Sequence record: NC_061440.1
Length of the DNA: 64,000 bases
Strand: one strand, 5' to 3'
The first letter of the stretch is position 1, and every line of letters starts with the position of its first letter. Positions 55,775-64,000 of the stretch are shown here, piece after piece. The notes below the pieces were generated by a model. It saw only the letters and a program-made list of their open reading frames with translations. It did no database searches and was not told the DNA's origin. Position numbers and translations under genes: made by a program.

Positions 55775-57808
55775 ATGAAAATGGCCAAAGCGCCGAAGGC
55801 TGCCAAAGTTAAAAAGAATACCGGTGACGGTTCCCAAGAAGGGTTCGTCATTGCGGAAGGACTTGACGGGATTCGTTTGAATCCGGGAATGTACATGGGT
55901 GAACGTGGTGCCGACATGGCGTACCGCGGAGTTAAGGAACCTGTCGATAACGTCTATGACGAATTGATGGCGGGTCGCACCAAAGTTCTGGAAGTTGTGA
56001 TTGACTACGACAACGATCTGAACATCGTAGCCGATATGGCGAAAGGCATTCCGACCGACTTCAAGAAACTGAAAGATGGTTCGAAAGAAACTATCATGAC
56101 CGCAGCGTTTAGCCGTGCTCATGCTGGTGGTAAGTTCAACGACCAAGCATATAAGACCTCTGCCGGTACTCACGGCGTAGGCGTTGCAGCACTGAACGCA
56201 ATCTCCAGTCAGTTGCGTGTATGGTCAATGTACAAAGGTGGCTGCGCATACCAGATGTGGGAATGCGGTGTTGCCAAGTCTGGTAAAGACCCTAAGCAGG
56301 TCAAAGCCGTAGACAAAGATGTTATGAGTCTGCTGCGTGAAAAGAAACACAGCAAGTACGGTACGATTGTCGCATGGACTCTCGACCAGACCGTTGTGTC
56401 TGCTGACGTACAGCGCGGTAAGAAGTTGCCGAAGAACTATCGTCACGCTTCGCCAGACCCAGCACGTATCGGTGAGTGGCTTCGCAACATGTCGCTGCTT
56501 AACCCAGGCTTCGAGATTCGCTTGACGCTTATCAAGAAGGGCAAGCGTAAAGAGTTCACGTTCCACAACAAGAAAGACCTTGCGTTTATCGTGAAGACGA
56601 TGGTAGACGAACGCGAGTTAGAGATCGTCGGTAAGCCGTTCACGTTCCAGCATGAGAACATCACGGCAGCGCTTGCGTGGACTAACCATGCAGACACTGA
56701 CAACTTCCTGTCTTTCGTTAACACCAGCCCTACAGTTGACGGCGGTTGGCACGTTGTTGGTTTCCGTGATGCGTTGTTTGAAGCTATCAAGCCTTTCATG
56801 AAAGAGCCGAAAGGTAAAGGCAAGAAGAAGCAGGGCTTCAAGCAAGAAGACTTGCTTATCGGTCTGACTGGTATGTTCGACTGGCGTATGCACGGTGCTC
56901 AATACACCTCACAGGTTAAAGATAAGCTGGCGAGCCGTGTTGAGAAAGAAGTGTACGAGCTGATGAAAGAACAGCTTGTGAAATACTTCAAGGACAATAA
57001 GAAGGTCGCAACGACGATCATCAAACGCGCCGAAGCAATGAACAAAGGCCGCGAAGAATTGTCCGCAGTTGTGAAATCTATGGCAGACACGAAGAAGAAG
57101 CTGAAAGGCAACTCGCTCCCTGCTGACCTGATCTCTGCGCTCAAGTGTAAGCCGCATGAGCGTGAGCTTATCGTGGTGGAAGGTGATTCTGCTGGTGGTA
57201 CTGCTAAACATGCGCGTAACCCTGACCATCAGGAAGTTATGCTCGCTGGTGGTAAGCCGCTGAACGGTCTGAAAGCAAGTCTGGCTGACGTACTCAAGCA
57301 CAAAGAAGTGCAGGGCATGTTGGTGTCTGTCGGCGCTGACCTGAAATCGCTTGACCCGAAAGCTGAAAACCCAGTGTTGAGCACGAAGAACCTGCGTATC
57401 GGTAACTTGCTCTTCCTGATGGATGCTGACCCTGACGGCTTCCACATCGCAACGTTGTTCTTGGGCGTTATCTATCGTCTGCTGCCTGATCTGATGAAAG
57501 AGGGTCGCGTGTGGATTGTCGATGCACCTCTGTATAACGTGATGCACAAAGGCATTCACTACGGTGGTATGACGTTCGAAGAATGCCGTTCGAAAGCACC
57601 GTCTGCTGTAAAAGACAAAGAGATTGTACGCGCTAAAGGTTGGGGTGAAGTTGAGCCTGACGTGCTTGAAGCTATCGCGTTCAATCCGAAGACTCGCCGT
57701 TTGATTCGCGTTAACCCGTTCGTTAGCGTAGAACAAGAGCGTTTCTTCCGTGGTGTTGTGGCAGAAGATGCCGTGCATCGTCGTCGTCTGCTGGGTCTGG
57801 AGGATTAA
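55775..57808 (+). CDS. Type IIA topoisomerase B subunit (GyrB/ParE-like)
   Basis: GHKL motifs EPVDNVYDE, KGIP, HAGGKF, GTHGVGVAALNA; TOPRIM motifs VEGDSAGG, MDADPDGFHI. Confidence 0.97.
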   Translation: MKMAKAPKAAKVKKNTGDGSQEGFVIAEGLDGIRLNPGMYMGERGADMAYRGVKEPVDNVYDELMAGRTKVLEVVIDYDNDLNIVADMAKGIPTDFKKLKDGSKETIMTAAFSRAHAGGKFNDQAYKTSAGTHGVGVAALNAISSQLRVWSMYKGGCAYQMWECGVAKSGKDPKQVKAVDKDVMSLLREKKHSKYGTIVAWTLDQTVVSADVQRGKKLPKNYRHASPDPARIGEWLRNMSLLNPGFEIRLTLIKKGKRKEFTFHNKKDLAFIVKTMVDERELEIVGKPFTFQHENITAALAWTNHADTDNFLSFVNTSPTVDGGWHVVGFRDALFEAIKPFMKEPKGKGKKKQGFKQEDLLIGLTGMFDWRMHGAQYTSQVKDKLASRVEKEVYELMKEQLVKYFKDNKKVATTIIKRAEAMNKGREELSAVVKSMADTKKKLKGNSLPADLISALKCKPHERELIVVEGDSAGGTAKHARNPDHQEVMLAGGKPLNGLKASLADVLKHKEVQGMLVSVGADLKSLDPKAENPVLSTKNLRIGNLLFLMDADPDGFHIATLFLGVIYRLLPDLMKEGRVWIVDAPLYNVMHKGIHYGGMTFEECRSKAPSAVKDKEIVRAKGWGEVEPDVLEAIAFNPKTRRLIRVNPFVSVEQERFFRGVVAEDAVHRRRLLGLED

Positions 57809-57811
57809 GTA

Positions 57812-59464
57812 ATGGCAATTACGCCGAAGAAAGTCAAAAAGGTCAAAGCGACTGCCGTAGCAAAAGCCGCTAAGCCTGCAAAGCTCAAGTCGAAAGCGGT
57901 ATCTGCTGACGACATTAAAAAGAAGAAAAAGAAAAGCACCGAAGCGTCTGCAACAACGGCGGTCGGCACTTCTCTCTATCCGATGCTCGGACAAGACGAG
58001 TCGCTGATTCGTGACGAGAACCTCGCGGACTATACGCGCCGTGCTCTCTTCCAGTACGGCTCATACGTTGTTGAAGATCGTGCTATCGCTGACTACCGTG
58101 ACGGCCTCAAGCCTGTACACCGTGCGCTGCTTTGGTCGCTATGTGACTTGGGCTTACGTCCCGGCGGAGCATTCAAGAAGTCTGCACGTACCGTTGGTGA
58201 TGCGTTAGGTAAGTATCACCCGCACGGCGATGCTGCTTGTTACGGTGCGATGGTAACGATTGCGAATACCGTGCCACCAGCCGTAGCAGGTCAAGGTAAC
58301 TGGGGCGACCCTGTAGCACCTGCTGCTGCGATGCGTTATACCGAAGCGAAGATGAGTAAGTTTGCGGGTAGCTTCCTGCTGGACCCAGACTATCTCGAAG
58401 TGACGCCGATGGTAGACAACTTCTCGAACGACATGAAGATACCTCTGTATCTGCCTGCGCTGCTGCCGTACATGTTGTTCAATGGTAGTGTGCCTGCTCC
58501 AGCGTATGGAGTTAAGTGCGGTAACCCATCGTTCAGCTTTACGTCAGTCAGTAAGGTCGTGTGTGACATGCTGGCTGGCAAAGAGTACGATGCGAAGAAA
58601 CTGGCGAAGACGCTTGAGATTAACCACGAGTACGGTTGTCTTGACGCAAGCTCCGATGCTGACTATCTCGCACTGATCGAAACAGGTCGCGGCAAAGTAA
58701 CATACGAACCTCAGATGAAGGTCGATGAGAAGACGAAGACCATCACTGTGCAAACGTATGTGCCGGGCGGTATGTCTAACAACGCAGCCATCACGAAGAA
58801 GCTGGAGAAGATTGCAGAGTGGTCTGGTGTTGTCTCTGCGTCGAACGCCAGCTCGAAGAAGAACAAAGACGCGGGCCCGTGGGGTGCAGCGTTTGCGATT
58901 CGTTGTCGTGGTAGCGAAGACCTGCTGTATGAGATTGCGGAGAAGGTGAAGAAAGAAATCACCAGCGCCATCAACTACTCGCTGGGTGTTACCGTTCGCC
59001 GTGCTGATGCTTCAAACAAGTTCATGTACCTGAGCTACGTGAAGTATTTCAAAGCGTGGATTGCGTATCGCATTAAGCTGGAAACTGCGATGCTCACCAA
59101 CAAGAAGGCGAAAGCAGAGAAAGCCCTTCATCTGCAAGAAGTCTACTTGTGGGCAGTTGACAACATGAAGCAACTGCTGGCCGCACTACCGAAAGCCCTG
59201 ACCGCAGAAGACCCAGACAAGATGCTGGCGAAGCTGTGTAAGATTCCTGTTGAAGATGCGAAAATCATCCTCGACCGTCAAGTGCGTAAACTGGCGAAAC
59301 TAGAACGTGCTGGGCTGGTGGCCAAGATTAAGGAAATCAAGGCCGAGATTGCAGAGTATAAAGCGGGACTGAAAGAGCCTGGTAAATACGCTGCTGCGGG
59401 CACGGCCGCTAAAGTTAAGGCATACCTGAAATCGCCTGACGATAAGCTGCCTGTCGGTCTGTAA
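57812..59464 (+). CDS. Type IIA topoisomerase A subunit (GyrA/ParC-like, no beta-pinwheel CTD)
   Basis: DGLKPVHR, KKSARTVG, YHPHGD, GQGNWG, AAMRYTE (catalytic Tyr). Confidence 0.97.
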   Translation: MAITPKKVKKVKATAVAKAAKPAKLKSKAVSADDIKKKKKKSTEASATTAVGTSLYPMLGQDESLIRDENLADYTRRALFQYGSYVVEDRAIADYRDGLKPVHRALLWSLCDLGLRPGGAFKKSARTVGDALGKYHPHGDAACYGAMVTIANTVPPAVAGQGNWGDPVAPAAAMRYTEAKMSKFAGSFLLDPDYLEVTPMVDNFSNDMKIPLYLPALLPYMLFNGSVPAPAYGVKCGNPSFSFTSVSKVVCDMLAGKEYDAKKLAKTLEINHEYGCLDASSDADYLALIETGRGKVTYEPQMKVDEKTKTITVQTYVPGGMSNNAAITKKLEKIAEWSGVVSASNASSKKNKDAGPWGAAFAIRCRGSEDLLYEIAEKVKKEITSAINYSLGVTVRRADASNKFMYLSYVKYFKAWIAYRIKLETAMLTNKKAKAEKALHLQEVYLWAVDNMKQLLAALPKALTAEDPDKMLAKLCKIPVEDAKIILDRQVRKLAKLERAGLVAKIKEIKAEIAEYKAGLKEPGKYAAAGTAAKVKAYLKSPDDKLPVGL

Positions 59465-59485
59465 GAAATCTGTAAATACAACTAA

Positions 59486-59537
59486 GCATATTCTAGGACG
59501 AAACGCGGTTGTATCTGTATGTCAATTCTGTTACAAT
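59486..59537 (+). promoter_or_regulatory. Promoter: GCA-N7-GG box, -35 TTGTAT, extended -10 TGTTACAAT
   Basis: 17-bp spacer between -35 and -10. Confidence 0.75.
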
Positions 59538-59543
59538 TGACTT

Positions 59544-59800
59544 GTTGGGGATAGCTGGTTGTTGGGAGATAATCAGCTATCCAAATCTATAACAGGAGGG
59601 TAAGGTAGCGCAGCAAATATTCACTCAGGAAAAATAAACCGAGCCTAAAAGGCCGACCGCTACGGCATACTCAGAGTGAGCACCGTACGCAATACTATTA
59701 ATCGACCCACGTAATGCTAATATGATATCGTATCGGCATTCGAAGTGTCGCTAGGGCCGGCAGGATATGGTCCTCAACTCTTAATGAAGTTTGGAAATCC
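59544..59800 (+). ncRNA. Candidate ncRNA or long structured leader
   Basis: No credible CDS; 12-bp stem GGATAGCTGGTT/AATCAGCTATCC; three CAGGA motifs. Confidence 0.35.
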
Positions 59801-59804
59801 ATAA

Positions 59805-61073
59805 ATGAAAAATCAGGTAAACAACCTTAAAGCTGGTTTAGAGAAGGTTAATGCAGCGTTGACCTCACTCCGTTCAGGCAAGAATTTGAAACGCCAGCAT
59901 GTTGTTGATTCATTGGGTAAGCCTACGGATATTTTGGCTGACCTCACAAAAGCATTAAAGAGTAATACCTACAAGTCATACCCCGATGTATTGCAATTGC
60001 GTGATTCTGTACGCGCAACATGCACCACCTGCCTAAGCCTGTCAGAACAAGTGGCCGCTCGTCGTATCAAGCCACGCGAACTGATGGAAAAGCTCGGACA
60101 GATTGTGAAGTCGTTTGATGCCGACGCCAAGTTGGCCAAGTCGTGCTTAGGTTACCTGCCTGAGTCACGCAAAACTCTCAGTCTCGATGATCTCCCAGAA
60201 GACAGCAAAGAGCGTTTGAAAGCGCTGCAAGCTATCGACAAAGAGGTGTACGAGAACGAAGCGAACGACAAGGCTATGCGCCGTGAGCAACGTGAAGACG
60301 CAGCGACTGCTAAAACCAGCCGCGTGTTGCAGCGCCTCAAGGACTCATACGCCCACAAAGTCCCGAGAACGTTCAACAAAGCTATTCAAATAATCCAACT
60401 TCCTGTGATGGCTCGATTCGGTACGCTCGCCATGAGTCCTGAATCGTTATCGCGCATGGGTTTCAAAATCGAAACTGCTGGTCTGCACTCAACCCCTAGT
60501 TCAGACTTAGGTATCATTTTCGAAAACCAACTTCTCATGTTCTTCCGCATGTCCGACGCGAAAGAGATGGCCGAAGAAGCTGCGCGTGATCACAAGATGC
60601 TTGATGGAACCCTCGTCGAACGCAAACGCCTCCAGAAAGAACGTAACGCAGAACGCCGCGATCTCAAGAAGCTGAATAAGCTCCTCGAAGAATCGAAGTC
60701 GCTCAAAGCTCGTCGTGCTATCCGCGAACAAATCGCAGACACGCAGACAGAGATTGATGACATTACGGCGAAGCTCGATGCGATGGACAGCAAAGTGCGT
60801 GAGTCAGGTTCCCGCGAGCGTGTGTATCGTCAGATGAAAACATCTAACGACCATGCGATGCTGGATTATCTTAACCCCATTGTCGATATGATTAACGAGA
60901 AGGGTAGCTCCACGTTAGGTCTGTTTACTACCATGCCGTTGCGCGGCGTGATGAAGGACGCAGATGTGTATTGTGCTTGGCTTATGGAAAAATCAGCGAT
61001 CAACTTGTTGCTGCGCCATACTGGCGGCGACGTGAAGTTGCAAAACTGGTTCTTGCCGTGGACTAATGGCTAA
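59805..61073 (+). CDS. Coiled-coil hypothetical protein (422 aa)
   Basis: Long ORF. Confidence 0.8.
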   Translation: MKNQVNNLKAGLEKVNAALTSLRSGKNLKRQHVVDSLGKPTDILADLTKALKSNTYKSYPDVLQLRDSVRATCTTCLSLSEQVAARRIKPRELMEKLGQIVKSFDADAKLAKSCLGYLPESRKTLSLDDLPEDSKERLKALQAIDKEVYENEANDKAMRREQREDAATAKTSRVLQRLKDSYAHKVPRTFNKAIQIIQLPVMARFGTLAMSPESLSRMGFKIETAGLHSTPSSDLGIIFENQLLMFFRMSDAKEMAEEAARDHKMLDGTLVERKRLQKERNAERRDLKKLNKLLEESKSLKARRAIREQIADTQTEIDDITAKLDAMDSKVRESGSRERVYRQMKTSNDHAMLDYLNPIVDMINEKGSSTLGLFTTMPLRGVMKDADVYCAWLMEKSAINLLLRHTGGDVKLQNWFLPWTNG

Positions 61074-61605
61074 CGAAAACCGACTGCCGGCGGTAGTGAA
61101 AGGTGAGTTGACTCAGTGTGTGATATGCGGTAGATTTACGCGAAACATTCACTGGCACCACACGACACCTCGCTCATTGGGTGGCGAGCATATGCTCCAA
61201 ATCCCTATAGACGGTGACTGCCACACAACGCTTCACGCAAAAGCAGAAGCTGTGGTAGCGAAGTTAGCAGGCAACCGTAAGCAACCTGTTGGGACTTTCT
61301 GGGATGACCCAGAAGTAGAGCAACGGGCACAAACGTGGTTGAGTATTCTGGTCGATGCGATGCTTAATCCTCCTGTGCAGCCTGGACAGAAAGAAGTCCT
61401 GTTGCCGATGATTAAAGTCGATATGACAACCAGACATGCTCTCGAACTCTTGAAGCGCGACACGCCTGGCATTACTAATATGAGCCAAGTGTTGCGATAT
61501 TGTATTGAGACAACATTAAAATCGAAGGGGTTAAAAAATGGCGAATCAAAAAGTACGCACTCTGGATATCAAAGCAATCGTAAAAAGCGAACTGACCTGT
61601 GGTGA
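61066..61605 (+). CDS. HNH-motif protein with a possible C-terminal RHH
   Basis: CVIC....HWHH..PRSLGG.......DCHTTLH; KVDMTTRHALELL..NMSQVLRYCI. Confidence 0.7.
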   Translation: MANENRLPAVVKGELTQCVICGRFTRNIHWHHTTPRSLGGEHMLQIPIDGDCHTTLHAKAEAVVAKLAGNRKQPVGTFWDDPEVEQRAQTWLSILVDAMLNPPVQPGQKEVLLPMIKVDMTTRHALELLKRDTPGITNMSQVLRYCIETTLKSKGLKNGESKSTHSGYQSNRKKRTDLW

Positions 61606-62404
61606 CTGCCGCGGACTGACTCGTGATGCACTTTTACCGACTGCCGAGAAACCATGTGCTACGCAAGGTCAGTTGGCTGATTCTAAGATCTGCAAACACT
61701 ATCGCTCTGACAGCCAATCGCTGACAGACCTGATGACCGAGCACGGTGATTCACTTGTTGGGCTTTTTAACACGTTCAAAAACTTCTCTGACAAAGACCT
61801 GCGCGTTGTCGCTGGTATGCTGCTGGCAGAGTCGAAAACACGCCGTCATGGTGTGCGTATGGGGCAAGCTGTATTCGTTCGCTATCAAGGCCGTGAGACA
61901 CGCAACTACCTGAACAACTTCATGGCAGCGCGTGTGCTTGACGTAGACGACAACACGATCCGCCTTATTTCCGAGAAAGGTGATATCGTTCTGACGTATG
62001 CGAACACTGGCTTCAATGGTCCGTCCGTGTATACCAAGAAGCAATTTGCTAAACTGCGTACCGAGATGATCAAGGCAGGCCGCCTTGTTGATCCAGAGCG
62101 CGAGATCAAAACTGCCAAACGCCTTCTCCCACAAGAAGACAATGTTAACTTCTCCGCACCAAGCGAACTCGATGGCTTCTCTGTTCCTCTAATGGAAGAC
62201 GTTGCCAAAGGTCGTGGTGGTAAGCGCAAGGGCAAGAAGACCCAGACGCTGGTTGATATTGTTAGCATGATCGAGAACGGTCATGACATGGGCGCAGAGC
62301 AAGACGAGTCAGGTGTGATGAGTCTTGGTGGTAACAGCTATCGTCACAAGAAGAAAAAACTTAACGTCGGTAAGAACGGCGTGGTTGAAATGGGCGATAT
62401 GTAA
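61538..62404 (+). CDS. Hypothetical protein with an N-terminal Cys cluster
   Basis: CGDC...KPC...KICKHY. Confidence 0.8.
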   Translation: MANQKVRTLDIKAIVKSELTCGDCRGLTRDALLPTAEKPCATQGQLADSKICKHYRSDSQSLTDLMTEHGDSLVGLFNTFKNFSDKDLRVVAGMLLAESKTRRHGVRMGQAVFVRYQGRETRNYLNNFMAARVLDVDDNTIRLISEKGDIVLTYANTGFNGPSVYTKKQFAKLRTEMIKAGRLVDPEREIKTAKRLLPQEDNVNFSAPSELDGFSVPLMEDVAKGRGGKRKGKKTQTLVDIVSMIENGHDMGAEQDESGVMSLGGNSYRHKKKKLNVGKNGVVEMGDM

Positions 62405-62460
62405 GTTAAGGTCTACACAGCAAATTCACTTCTAACTATACGAACAGGATCTCGGAAAAA

Positions 62461-63603
62461 ATGATCACAACAGAAGAATCAGGCCTTAATGAATATCTCT
62501 CTAACCGTCTGGGCATTGAGGAAGGCTCAGAGGCATTTCGTCGAGTATACGCTGCAACAATTCGTTATGTAGGCAGCGGGTATAAATCTATCGCGGGTTA
62601 TCACCGTGACTTGCAAGCAGCCGTTGACTTTAAGCAGTTCGAATTTACTGCTCCTGACTTGCGCATTGATATTTCTTCCGTGTGTCGTTTCACGTTGAAG
62701 ATGCGGTTCTTCGTGCTGGCTGTATGTCTGCATAAAGACCCTGTAGCAACCATTCAAAAATATGCGCTGTATGGCCTGTCGAAGCGTGAAGCTGTTCTCG
62801 CCTGGAATTTGATTCTCAAGGACGATGCGCAGCGTAAGCAGATACGCCGTATAGCTAAACAAAAATCCAAGTCAAGGGGAGGCCTTGATATCACGATGGT
62901 AAGCAGTCGTGAACTTCGTTTGCGTCTGGAGCAGACCTCAAGTCTGTTCGCCATCATTCACAAAAGTGCAAAAGGCCTTGTGCGCAAGAAGCTGAACTGG
63001 GTCTGCAAGAGTGAGAACATACCTCAGGCAGATATGACCTGCGACATTATGTGTAAGGTGTTGTTGTCGTACTATCAATCCTTACCGAATCGTTTCAGTG
63101 AGGGCCACCAGCTCAACTATCTTCGCGCTTCTCTGACGAATCGTATTAACAACATGAACAACTACTACAGTGCAGATTGCCGTAAGCGTATGCACAAGGT
63201 GGGTGAAGACAAGTATGAGATCTTGGTTATGTCTGACAATCAGATGTGGCACAACCCAGATGATGATAGTTCAAACTCATATGAAGACATGTTGGGTGAA
63301 GACGCTCGCATTCACACGGAGCAGATGGAAAACAATCTGACCATCAATCGGCTTCTGGAGGAGGCCGAAGGTACCAAACGCCACAAACTGTATCAAACGG
63401 TTCTCGGTCGTGATTGTGCCGAGTTCACTGACTATCTGCGCGAGAACGGAATGCTTAAACAGACCATGACGTGTGCCACACAGTGGCTCATGGCTAAGCC
63501 TACGAAATTCATTCGCAAGACTCTGGCCAACTGGCTTGAAGTTAGCATTGATGCCGTAACAGGTGGTCTGGAAACATTACGCGGTTCATTACAGGTAGCA
63601 TGA
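62461..63603 (+). CDS. Probable phage sigma70-family factor
   Basis: Region 2-like ADMTCDIMCKVLLSYY..LNYLRASLTNRINN; region 4 HTH-like TLANWLEVSIDAVTGGLETLRGSL. Confidence 0.5.
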   Translation: MITTEESGLNEYLSNRLGIEEGSEAFRRVYAATIRYVGSGYKSIAGYHRDLQAAVDFKQFEFTAPDLRIDISSVCRFTLKMRFFVLAVCLHKDPVATIQKYALYGLSKREAVLAWNLILKDDAQRKQIRRIAKQKSKSRGGLDITMVSSRELRLRLEQTSSLFAIIHKSAKGLVRKKLNWVCKSENIPQADMTCDIMCKVLLSYYQSLPNRFSEGHQLNYLRASLTNRINNMNNYYSADCRKRMHKVGEDKYEILVMSDNQMWHNPDDDSSNSYEDMLGEDARIHTEQMENNLTINRLLEEAEGTKRHKLYQTVLGRDCAEFTDYLRENGMLKQTMTCATQWLMAKPTKFIRKTLANWLEVSIDAVTGGLETLRGSLQVA

Positions 63604-63620
63604 GAGGTCACCATATAGTT

Positions 63621-63992
63621 ATGCAGCAAGCAATCATTAACACTGACGTAGAGCGCTCTGCACTTGCGCTATTCAGCCGTCCTCAGTTGGATGAGGACTA
63701 TAAGCGTACCGTACTGTATCTCGTGTATAAGACTGTAAATCGTAATGGCATGATGCAGGTGAATCGTCTGCTGTTCGAATTGAGCCAGAAGTACGAACTC
63801 AACAAAGAAGATGTGAAGTCTGCTATCGGTGCTCTCAAAGCTCCGTACGCATTCAACGCGCTTTCTGTGTTTGTACCTCGTGCAGATACCAAAGCAAACC
63901 GTGTGTGCCGTGTGAACTCGAATACTGCAATTGAAAACTGGATTGCAGAGGTAGAGCAAACGCGTCCTCATATCACTCGCTTGTTGCAGTAG
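63621..63992 (+). CDS. Hypothetical protein
   Basis: ORF (track start 63600). Confidence 0.7.
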   Translation: MQQAIINTDVERSALALFSRPQLDEDYKRTVLYLVYKTVNRNGMMQVNRLLFELSQKYELNKEDVKSAIGALKAPYAFNALSVFVPRADTKANRVCRVNSNTAIENWIAEVEQTRPHITRLLQ

Positions 63993-64000
63993 GGGCATAA

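Noticed and set aside
1-64000. Assignment to a named phage genus
   Set aside because: Gene content resembles enterobacterial jumbo myophages that lack their own RNA polymerase, but this cannot be verified without a search.

Overview
A 64-kb segment of a large lytic dsDNA (jumbo-type) phage, probably infecting Enterobacterales. The host and phage type are inferred from sigma70-type promoters, a YbiI-like gene and the gene content. All credible genes are on the + strand. No structural/capsid genes, tRNAs or CRISPR arrays were found. Recognisable proteins: a RecA/UvsX recombinase (5'-truncated) with a 344-aa intein, an AcrVA2/FinQ-family protein, Tpt1/KptA RNA 2'-phosphotransferase, a radical SAM enzyme, a YbiI/TraR zinc finger, UvsE UV endonuclease, dUTPase, an SLT transglycosylase, an HD hydrolase, a two-subunit type IIA topoisomerase, an HNH protein and a probable phage sigma factor. 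Most other ORFs are hypothetical. They include a ~13-kb block of extremely acidic or basic low-complexity proteins sharing a small helix-extended-helix module. The most striking unexplained signals are cis-acting. (i) Eleven genes carry their Shine-Dalgarno GAGG as the tetraloop of a hairpin whose stem sequence varies but stays paired; a twelfth has a hexaloop variant. (ii) Twelve sigma70 -10 boxes share an upstream GCA-N7-GG-NNN-AAA(T) element at near-constant distance. (iii) A second intergenic motif, CTGTAAAY..TAAT, may be read by the phage sigma factor. (iv) Three intergenic regions look like structured RNAs. All family assignments come from motif recognition by eye and from memory, not from database searches.
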